From positions 39,864 to 63,863 of the forward strand of contig JAYUVG010000167.1 in assembly GCA_043754255.1 (NCBI GenBank): a stretch of DNA of 24,000 nucleotides. Direction: 5' to 3'. This document shows, one piece after another, positions 14,388-21,116 of this stretch (the first letter of the stretch is position 1; the number at the start of each line of letters is the position of its first letter). Source of the DNA: Polaromonas sp. (lineage in GTDB: Bacteria; Pseudomonadota; Gammaproteobacteria; Burkholderiales; Burkholderiaceae_C). The notes under the pieces are model-generated. The model worked only from the letters and a program-made list of their open reading frames with translations. It was not told the origin of the DNA and did no database searches. A program made the position numbers and the translations under genes.

Positions 14388-14933
14388 TCAGGCGCTCCAG
14401 GCGCCTTTTTTCTTGCGTAATGAATCCGTGGCAACCAGTTTGTGCTTGCCCCGAATTTCTTCAATGTGTCGGTAGCCTATGCCGTCAATCACTTTCACAA
14501 ATACGATCACGTTGCGGCCAATCTTGTTTTTGCCGTCTGCAAATACATTGTCTGGCTCTGACGTAATCACCAGGATTTTTTCAAAATCTTCCAATGTGAC
14601 AGCGATCTGACCGCGTTGGCTCTCTTGCTTGGCGTTGCCGTGCTGTTTGATGGTGTGGCGCACGCCGTAGTTGTCAAGAACGCGGGTGAACCCGGTCACA
14701 TCCAGCCCTGTTTTTTGCAGGATGAGTGGCGCGTTATCAACGTGGCCCAACGATACAAACGTTCGCCTGTCTGCAATCTGCATGGCTTGTTGTGCAAATT
14801 GGGTAATCGTCTCTTTAATGGAGTTGTCTTTGCTATGACCAGTTTCTTTTTTATTCTGCATGGGTTCAAATTTTTGGGTCGATGATTTGAATGTATCGGC
14901 CAATTGCCGACACCATGCGATAAATCGACACAC
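14388..14933 (-). CDS. Unknown protein between mod and res; candidate nuclease/toxin-like domain
   Basis: The track ORF is 181 aa from GTG at 14933. The first ATG at 14861 gives 157 aa (MQNKKETGHSKDN...). Neither start has a clear SD. It contains GVRHTIKQHGNAKQESQRGQIAVTLEDFEKI. The region is visibly more AT-rich than res or the 5' part of mod. Confidence 0.6.
   Translation of the reverse strand: MCRFIAWCRQLADTFKSSTQKFEPMQNKKETGHSKDNSIKETITQFAQQAMQIADRRTFVSLGHVDNAPLILQKTGLDVTGFTRVLDNYGVRHTIKQHGNAKQESQRGQIAVTLEDFEKILVITSEPDNVFADGKNKIGRNVIVFVKVIDGIGYRHIEEIRGKHKLVATDSLRKKKGAWSA
14390..14411 (+). terminator. Intrinsic-terminator-like hairpin on the + strand
   Basis: A-GGCGC-TCCAG-GCGCC-TTTTTT: a 5-6 bp GC stem followed by T6. 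It lies inside the last 8 codons of the minus-strand ORF, so it fits only a + strand (antisense) transcript. Confidence 0.4.
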
Positions 14934-14941
14934 CTGCGCTA

Positions 14942-16732
14942 CTACCGCCCCTTCACGTCATACGGTATGTGCTTGAACGTCACGTTCGCCTGCTTCAGGC
15001 GCTCTGCGCCCAGGCGGCAGGCTTCGCCGTAGACGAGTAGCGGGGCTTGGGGTTCTGGGGTGGTAGCGTGGAGGGCTAGCAGGGCTGCAAGCACATCGCG
15101 GGTGAGGACGTTGCCGCTGGCGGGGCGTTTGTCGCCTAATATGCCGTTGTAGAGCAGATAGCAGGCGAATTTGGGTGTTTTTATATGCTCAATCTGGCTG
15201 TAGCCGACATGATCAGCGCGCAAGCAGCTATTAATTTCATAGTACGTGCCCAGGTACGGCGTGCCGGGTTTGGCAGATGTTGCATCGAAGGACGCGCCGG
15301 TTTCTTGCTGCCAGACGAAGGCAGCCAGGGTTGCAAAGCGCACGGCCGGGTTGATGCGGCCTTGCTCGTCAAACACCGCCTCACCCAGCCGCATGAACCT
15401 GAAGCCGCCGCCGTGAAATGGCTCGCCGTTTCTTCCAGCTCCCCAGCCCACGGCTTTGCTGATGCCGCCTTGTTCGCCGTCGATGACTTTTTGCAGGCGC
15501 GGGGCGCAGTGGGTGGCGGCGTGTTCGCCCATTTCAATGCCGATCCAGCGGCGGCGCATTTTGTGGGCGACGGCGGCAGTGGTGCCTGAGCCGAGGAAGG
15601 AGTCGAGGATGAGGTCGTTTTCGTTGGTGGCTATGTGGAGGATGCGCTGAATCAGGCGCTCTGGTTTTGGGGTGTCAAAAGCATCACCTGCACCAAACAG
15701 TTCATTGATTTCTTTTTTAGCCTCCTGGTTGTGCCCAACTTCAGCGTTTGACCACCAGCTCCAGGAGTTTTGGCCTTCCATTTCACTCAAATAGCGCTTT
15801 AGTCGTGGCCTGGCGGTTCCATCTTTGCCAAACCAAACCCGATTTTCGGCAATTAGCTTCAAAAAGGTTGATTCTGCAAGAGCCCAGCATCTACCTGCGG
15901 GCGGCGCATGTGCGGTTCCGTTTGGCGCGATGACTGTGTAAAACTGGCTCGGAGTAGCATGGCCTGTCATGCCAGTGAAGTCTGTCGATGCCCAGGCACC
16001 ACGCGGGTCAGCGTCTGGATTTTTAAAGTCTTTTGCGCGTTCCTGGTTGATTTGTAGTTGATTAAAGTTTTCTTTCAAGGAATTATTTTTCTTGAAAACC
16101 AGGATGTGATCATGAGCGTCACCCAGTCGCAATCTGTTGTCTGTGGAGGTACGTTTTTGCCAAACGACATTCGCAACAAAATTCCCCCGCCCAAACACCT
16201 CATCCATCAACACCTTGAGGTAATGGCCTTCGTTGTCGTCAATCGTCACCCAGATGCTGCCGTCTTCCCGCAGCAGCTCGCGCAGCAGTTGCAGGCGCGG
16301 CAGCATCATGCTGAGCCACTGGGCATGTTCGAGGTTGTCGTCGTAGTGCTCAAACGCGCTTTTGGTGTTGTAGGGCGGGTCAATGAAGATGCATTTGACC
16401 TGGCCGCGGTAAAAGGGGAGCAGGGCTTTGAGGGCTTCGAGGTTGTCGCCCTGGATTAGGAGGTTGTCTTGGGTGGTGGGTGGAGAAGGGGTGCGGGGAG
16501 AGCCCTGTCTTGCAGACCGCTGGTCAGTCAGAGCCTGACCTTCTTCACGCTGTCCAGAAGCGCTCAAGCGCTCCTGGAGCCGCAGCGTGAAGCCCCCGCC
16601 CTCTCCCAGAGGGAGAGGGAGTTTGACGCCTGGGAAGGGAACATGTACAGACACCTGCTCCAGCAGCCGGTATGGCACGCGGGCAGAGGCGGTGAAGGCG
16701 CTTTGGCGGTTGAGCCAGTCTAAGGTGGGCAT
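14942..16732 (-). CDS. mod: Type III R-M DNA methyltransferase Mod (beta-class N6-adenine/N4-cytosine MTase)
   Basis: 596 aa. IFIDPPYNT (motif IV) precedes DSFLGSGTTAAVA (motif I), which is the beta-class order, with a TRD-sized region between them. The N-terminus PTLDWLNRQ...VPYRLL...NLLIQGDNLEALKAL is typical of Mod. Confidence 0.9.
   Translation of the reverse strand: MPTLDWLNRQSAFTASARVPYRLLEQVSVHVPFPGVKLPLPLGEGGGFTLRLQERLSASGQREEGQALTDQRSARQGSPRTPSPPTTQDNLLIQGDNLEALKALLPFYRGQVKCIFIDPPYNTKSAFEHYDDNLEHAQWLSMMLPRLQLLRELLREDGSIWVTIDDNEGHYLKVLMDEVFGRGNFVANVVWQKRTSTDNRLRLGDAHDHILVFKKNNSLKENFNQLQINQERAKDFKNPDADPRGAWASTDFTGMTGHATPSQFYTVIAPNGTAHAPPAGRCWALAESTFLKLIAENRVWFGKDGTARPRLKRYLSEMEGQNSWSWWSNAEVGHNQEAKKEINELFGAGDAFDTPKPERLIQRILHIATNENDLILDSFLGSGTTAAVAHKMRRRWIGIEMGEHAATHCAPRLQKVIDGEQGGISKAVGWGAGRNGEPFHGGGFRFMRLGEAVFDEQGRINPAVRFATLAAFVWQQETGASFDATSAKPGTPYLGTYYEINSCLRADHVGYSQIEHIKTPKFACYLLYNGILGDKRPASGNVLTRDVLAALLALHATTPEPQAPLLVYGEACRLGAERLKQANVTFKHIPYDVKGR
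16599..16619. repeat. Perfect palindrome CCCTCTCCC-AGA-GGGAGAGGG inside mod
   Basis: Translated as LPLPLGEG within a low-complexity stretch of about 57 aa (nt 16472-16642). It is accompanied by GGTCAG-N7-CTGACC (16532-16550). Confidence 0.6.
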
Positions 16733-16742
16733 GTGGTGTTAT

Positions 16743-17942
16743 TCAGGATGCAGCAAAGTTGGCCTCAACCGTCTCACGGTGAAACAGTTCAAGGTAAGGC
16801 TGGTAGCGGTACAGGCGGTTGCGGTCAAAGCCGGTGACTTCTTGCAGCCAGCCGCGCGCCTCCAGGTCTTTGGCCAACTTGACGGCGGTGGGGTGGGTGC
16901 AGCCGACGATTTCAGCAATCTGTTTGGGCGACACCAGCGGCTGCTTGAACAGGCTGTCGAGCAACTTCAATGCTTTGGGGCTTTTGATCAGCGCGGCCCG
17001 GTGTGCTTCGCGCATGGCGACGATGTCAGTTGCCGTGCGGGTTGCAGCCCGCGCCGTTTGACTGATGCCACGCAAGAAAAACTTCAGCCACGGCTCCCAC
17101 TGGCCATGCTCGCGGATGGCGGTCAAGCGGTCATAGTATTCAGCGCGGTGAGCTTTTAAAAACACAGACAGGTACAAAACAGGGCGCGACAAGGCTTGCT
17201 CTTCACACAGCATCAAGGTGATGAGCAACCTGCCCACGCGGCCATTGCCATCCAGAAATGGGTGAATGGTTTCAAACTGCGCATGCGCCAAGCCGCAACG
17301 TATCAGCAGCGGTGTGTCGGCTTTGCCGTTGTGCATGAACAGCTCAAGCGCGCCCAGGCTTGCCAACAGCTCATGCGGCGGTGGCGGAATGAAGCTGGCA
17401 GTTGACAAGCTGCTGCCAGTACCGCCTATCCAGTTTTGTGAGGTGCGGAATTCGCCTGGCGATCCAATGTGTGCTTTGTCGGACCCGCGCACGTTTTGCA
17501 TCAACTCGCCATGAATTTCTTGCAGCATTCGCAGGCTGAGTGGCAACTCATTGAGCCGACGCAAGCCGTGGTTCATGGCGCGGACGTAATTGATGACCTC
17601 TTCAACATCCTTTGGGCTGTCGTTGTGTGTGCCTTGTGCTTCAAATGCCAGGATGTCTTCCAGCGTGCTTTGCGTGCCCTCAATTTGCGAGGACAGCACG
17701 GCTTCGTGGCGCACATACATGCCTATAAACAAGTCGGGGTTGGGCAGCAAGGTGGCAATCGCATCCAGCCTGGCCAGGTCGCGGTCTGCTTGCGACAGCA
17801 GGGTTCTCAGCTCTCCCTCGAAATCAATGTCTGGGTCGGGCGGCAACGGCGCTGGAATGAATGCGCGGTAACCGGTTAACTGCTGAACATAACGGCCAGC
17901 ACGGTGGGGATGAAGTGCTCTGTCAGGTGGTAAAACTTTCAT
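16743..17942 (-). CDS. Fic-domain protein (class II-like: N-terminal inhibitory helix, Fic core, C-terminal wHTH)
   Basis: 399 aa. HPFLDGNGRVGR matches HxFx(D/E)GNGRxxR. SSQIEG matches the (S/T)xxxE(G/N) auto-inhibition motif upstream of the core. The C-terminal ..IAEIVGCTHPTAVKLAKDLEARGWLQEV.. is wHTH-like. The stop lies 10 nt before the mod ATG. Confidence 0.9.
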   Translation of the reverse strand: MKVLPPDRALHPHRAGRYVQQLTGYRAFIPAPLPPDPDIDFEGELRTLLSQADRDLARLDAIATLLPNPDLFIGMYVRHEAVLSSQIEGTQSTLEDILAFEAQGTHNDSPKDVEEVINYVRAMNHGLRRLNELPLSLRMLQEIHGELMQNVRGSDKAHIGSPGEFRTSQNWIGGTGSSLSTASFIPPPPHELLASLGALELFMHNGKADTPLLIRCGLAHAQFETIHPFLDGNGRVGRLLITLMLCEEQALSRPVLYLSVFLKAHRAEYYDRLTAIREHGQWEPWLKFFLRGISQTARAATRTATDIVAMREAHRAALIKSPKALKLLDSLFKQPLVSPKQIAEIVGCTHPTAVKLAKDLEARGWLQEVTGFDRNRLYRYQPYLELFHRETVEANFAAS

Positions 17943-17960
17943 AAGAACCGTTGATGGTAT

Positions 17961-18027
17961 TCATATGAAAATAAAAGTCAAATAATTTTTATATGAGATA
18001 CGCGAAAAATTTATATGCAAATTTGCA
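17961..18027. promoter_or_regulatory. AT-rich control region upstream of the Fic operon with palindromes
   Basis: TCATATGAAAAT (17961-17972) is 11/12 complementary to ATTTTTATATGA (17985-17996). T(C/T)ATATG occurs three times. TGCAAATTTGCA (18016-18027) is a perfect 12-bp palindrome. On the minus strand TTGACT lies about 45 nt upstream of the Fic ATG. Confidence 0.35.
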
Positions 18028-18230
18028 GAATGTCCACCGTTTTAAACTTTACAGATGCCTGCCGGGATCAGTCCGGATTGATTTTGGCGCGCACTACAAC
18101 CACTTTCTAGCGCGCCTGCTCTGCCGCAATAAAGGCAGCCTACTGGGCCGGCGTGTCACCTACGGCTGCGCCATGTCACCACGCAAACGCTCGGTGGCAG
18201 TCAAATTTTTCATGGCCTTTGGCAGGCATC

Positions 18231-18295
18231 TGCTACTTTTTCAATAGCTGTTTGCGCCGTGTTTACGGGCGCATTCAGGCCATATTATTGGGTCA
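18231..18295. repeat. Copy 5 of the ~62-bp dispersed repeat
   Basis: TGCTACTTTTTCAATAGCTGTTTGCGCCGTGTTTACGGGCGCATTCAGGCCATATTATTGGGTC. Its centre forms the hairpin GCGCCGT-GTTT-ACGGGCGC. Confidence 0.65.
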
Positions 18296-18432
18296 TTCGT
18301 GAGTTGGCTAAGACAATAAACTCGGCAAGGTTTTTGGCAGGCACTTCGGCAGTGACCACGTATTGGCTTGGCCCTGTTCGAAATTCAGTTTGGATGACTG
18401 TGCAACGAGGCTTTTAATGATGTGCGCTAAAA

Positions 18433-18457
18433 TGTACAAAACAACCTGATTTGTACA
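18433..18457. promoter_or_regulatory. Inverted repeat overlapping the antitoxin 5' end (candidate TA operator)
   Basis: TGTACAAA (18433-18440) - 9 nt - TTTGTACA (18450-18457). It lies just after a TAAAAT box (18428-18433) and just before the ATG at 18460. Confidence 0.45.
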
Positions 18458-18459
18458 AA

Positions 18460-18729
18460 ATGCACCCTTCTTCTGTTCACTCTCCCATCACCATCGCATT
18501 GAGCGAGTTCCGCGCCAACACATCGGCCATGATTGACCGGGTCGAAAAGGGCGAGACCGTGCGCATTTTGCGGCATGGCAAGCCGGTGGCCGAGCTGGTG
18601 CCCATGCAGCCACAAGCAGAGCAAAAAGTGCCGCGCTGGAAGGTGCCGATTGAGCCCTTGCACATCGTCAGGCCAGATGGCAAAACAGGTGCGCAGTTGA
18701 TCATTGAAGAGCGCGAGTTGGGCTGGTAA
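18460..18729 (+). CDS. Phd/YefM-type antitoxin
   Basis: The track ORF begins at TTG 18451; the ATG at 18460 is more likely. ..ITIALSEFRANTSAMIDRVEKGETVRILRHGKPVAELVP.. is the classic Phd/YefM N-terminal pattern. The stop TAA overlaps the toxin ATG (TAATG). Confidence 0.8.
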   Translation: MHPSSVHSPITIALSEFRANTSAMIDRVEKGETVRILRHGKPVAELVPMQPQAEQKVPRWKVPIEPLHIVRPDGKTGAQLIIEERELGW

Positions 18730-19148
18730 TGCGGGTACTGATGGATACCTCAGCACTTTACAAGCGCTATAACCGCGAGGCGGGGCGAGACCAGTTGTTG
18801 GCTGTCAGCGAGCGTGCCAGCGAATTAGTGATTGCGGGACATTGCAAAGCAGAAATTGCATCGGCGCTGAATCGCCAGCGTCACGATGGTCTTGCTACTG
18901 AAGAGGACTATTCAAGAATCATGGCCGTGGTCACTACAGACTTTGATGGTTTTGTTCTGATTGCGCTTGATGCGAGGGTTGAGGCCTATGCCATAGCCGC
19001 CATGGAAGTCAGTCGGCTCAGAGCGATGGACGCGCTTCATATCGGCACTGCCAAAGCAGCTTATGTTGATTTATTTGTGACAGCTGACAAACGTCAAGCG
19101 GCGGCGGCTCGGGCAGTTGGTTTGAAAACCGAACTCATAGAGGCTTGA
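18729..19148 (+). CDS. vapC: PIN-domain toxin (VapC-like)
   Basis: 139 aa. The acidic residues sit in PIN positions: MRVLMDTSAL (D6), ..AEIASAL.., ..AMDALHIGTA.. and ..LFVTADKRQ.. The stop TGA (19146-19148) is immediately followed by the mnmG ATG. Confidence 0.85.
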   Translation: MRVLMDTSALYKRYNREAGRDQLLAVSERASELVIAGHCKAEIASALNRQRHDGLATEEDYSRIMAVVTTDFDGFVLIALDARVEAYAIAAMEVSRLRAMDALHIGTAKAAYVDLFVTADKRQAAAARAVGLKTELIEA

Positions 19149-21116
19149 ATGTTTTACCCTACTGAATTTGATGTAATTGTTGTTGGCGGTGGCCATGCGG
19201 GCACAGAGGCCGCGCTGGCCAGCGCGCGCATGGGTTGCAAAACTTTGCTGCTGACACACAACATTGAAACCCTAGGCCAGATGAGCTGCAACCCGTCGAT
19301 TGGCGGCATTGGCAAGGGGCATCTGGTCAAGGAAGTTGACGCCATGGGCGGCGCGATGGCGCTGGCTACGGATGAGGCGGGTATTCAATTTCGTATTTTG
19401 AACAGCTCCAAGGGCCCGGCAGTGCGCGCTACCCGGGCACAGGCTGACCGTATTTTGTACAAGGCCGCGATTCGGCGGATGCTGGAAAACCAGCCAAATC
19501 TGTGGTTGTTTCAGCAGGCAGTGGATGACTTGATGGTTGAATCGGATGGTGTGGGTGACAGGGTAGTTGGTGCAGTCACGCAGGTGGGCATCAAGTTTAA
19601 AAGCCGCACAGTGGTGCTGACAGCCGGGACTTTCTTGGACGGCAAAATTCACGTCGGGCTGCAAAACTATGCAGCGGGCAGGGCAGGCGACCCGCCCGCG
19701 GTGTCGTTAAGTGCAAGGCTGAAAGAGCTGCAACTGCCGCAAGGCCGCCTGAAAACTGGCACACCGCCGCGCATCGACGGCCGCACGATTGACTTCAGCA
19801 AGTGCATTGCACAGCCTGGCGATGGCATGCCAGGTGGTGTGGCAGGCGATGTACCCGTGTTCAGTTTTATGGGCAGTGCAATTGCCCACCCTTGCCAAGT
19901 GCCGTGCTACATCACCCACACCAACGCGCGCACGCACGACATCATTCGCAGCGGCTTTGACCGCAGCCCCATGTTTACCGGCAAGATTGATGGTGTAGGC
20001 CCGCGCTATTGTCCGAGTGTGGAAGACAAGATCAACCGCTTTGCGGACAAGGATGCGCACCAGATTTTTCTGGAGCCCGAGGGGTTAACCACCCACGAGA
20101 TTTACCCCAACGGCATCTCGACCAGCCTGCCGTTTGACATTCAGTATGACCTGGTGCGTTCAATGGTCGGGATGGAAAACGCCCACATTTTGCGGCCAGG
20201 CTATGCGATTGAATACGACTACTTTGACCCGCGCGCGTTAAAAACCAGCTTTGAAACCCGGGCTATAAACGGCCTCTTTTTTGCCGGGCAGATCAATGGC
20301 ACCACTGGTTATGAAGAGGCGGCGGCGCAAGGCATGTTTGCGGGCATCAATGCCGCACTGCAATGCCAAGGCAAAGAGGTTTGGCTGCCCAAGCGCGATG
20401 AAGCGTACCTGGGCGTGCTGGTTGATGACCTGATTACCAAAGGCGTGACCGAGCCGTACCGCATGTTTACCAGCCGGGCAGAGTACCGGCTAATGCTGCG
20501 TGAAGACAATGCCGACATGCGCTTGAGTGAAAAGGGCAGGGAGCTGGGCCTGGTGGATGATGCGCGATGGAACGCTTTCAACCGCAAACGCGATGCTGTT
20601 TCACGTGAAACACAGCGGTTGCGTGGCATTTGGGTGAATCCAAACAATTTACCACCGGCTGAGGCTGAGCGCGTGCTGGGCAAAGCGATTGAACGGGAAT
20701 ACAACCTGGCTGATTTGCTGCGCAGGCCGGATGTGAACTACGCCGGGCTGATGAGCATGGACGGCGGAAAATATCAGGCACATGAAGCTACGCAATTCAT
20801 GGACAAAAGCGTGATTGAGCAGATTGAAATCACAGCCAAATACGCTGGCTACATCGACCTGCAAAAAGTTGAGGTGGAGCGTGCGGCGCATTACGAAAAT
20901 CTGAAACTGCCGCCTGAACTGGACTACTTGCAGGTTCAGGCGTTGAGCTTTGAGGCCCGCCAAACACTGGCCAAGCATCGCCCTGAAACATTGGGTTTGG
21001 CGTCACGCATCTCAGGTATTACGCCTGCCACGGTATCGCTGCTGCTGGTGCATTTGAAGAAGAATTTGTGGAAGAACACAACGCCGCTTCAGGTAGCAGA
21101 AAAAATTGACGCATGA
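19149..21116 (+). CDS. mnmG: tRNA uridine 5-carboxymethylaminomethyl modification enzyme MnmG (GidA)
   Basis: 655 aa. [23 protein letters not shown] is the FAD-binding motif, with ..[21 protein letters not shown]..-type sequence downstream and the family-wide C-terminal domain. Confidence 0.97.
   Translation: MFYPTEFDVIVVGGGHAGTEAALASARMGCKTLLLTHNIETLGQMSCNPSIGGIGKGHLVKEVDAMGGAMALATDEAGIQFRILNSSKGPAVRATRAQADRILYKAAIRRMLENQPNLWLFQQAVDDLMVESDGVGDRVVGAVTQVGIKFKSRTVVLTAGTFLDGKIHVGLQNYAAGRAGDPPAVSLSARLKELQLPQGRLKTGTPPRIDGRTIDFSKCIAQPGDGMPGGVAGDVPVFSFMGSAIAHPCQVPCYITHTNARTHDIIRSGFDRSPMFTGKIDGVGPRYCPSVEDKINRFADKDAHQIFLEPEGLTTHEIYPNGISTSLPFDIQYDLVRSMVGMENAHILRPGYAIEYDYFDPRALKTSFETRAINGLFFAGQINGTTGYEEAAAQGMFAGINAALQCQGKEVWLPKRDEAYLGVLVDDLITKGVTEPYRMFTSRAEYRLMLREDNADMRLSEKGRELGLVDDARWNAFNRKRDAVSRETQRLRGIWVNPNNLPPAEAERVLGKAIEREYNLADLLRRPDVNYAGLMSMDGGKYQAHEATQFMDKSVIEQIEITAKYAGYIDLQKVEVERAAHYENLKLPPELDYLQVQALSFEARQTLAKHRPETLGLASRISGITPATVSLLLVHLKKNLWKNTTPLQVAEKIDA
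20597..20612. other. Perfect consensus parS centromere-like site inside mnmG
   Basis: TGTTTCACGTGAAACA matches the 16-bp palindromic chromosomal ParB-binding consensus at 16/16 positions. It is translated as ..AVSRET.. Confidence 0.8.

Noticed and set aside
13924-14566. ORFs crossing the mod-res spacer (13924-14208 minus, 14022-14219 plus, 14270-14566 plus), and short peptides I translated by hand (e.g. 31-aa MSWMLRGLFSTLLNIALPIKIYSHPRSRFGR at 14227-14322)
   Set aside because: None has an RBS. All overlap res or the 181-aa ORF in other frames or strands, and their Cys/Arg-rich composition is unconvincing. The 31-aa hydrophobic peptide is noted as a remote type I toxin-like possibility, but the P2 motif lies inside it and nothing supports its translation.
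17993-18247. 84-aa ORF in the AT-rich/hairpin region; also the 109-aa minus ORF 18427-18756
   Set aside because: The first spans promoter-like AT-rich DNA and repeats, has odd composition and lacks an RBS. The second is antisense to the well-supported Phd/YefM antitoxin gene.
17943-19148. oriC / DnaA-box cluster next to mnmG (gidA)
   Set aside because: I found no TTATCCACA-type boxes, or clusters of near matches, in the AT-rich region or elsewhere in the window. The region is better explained as divergent promoters of the two accessory operons.
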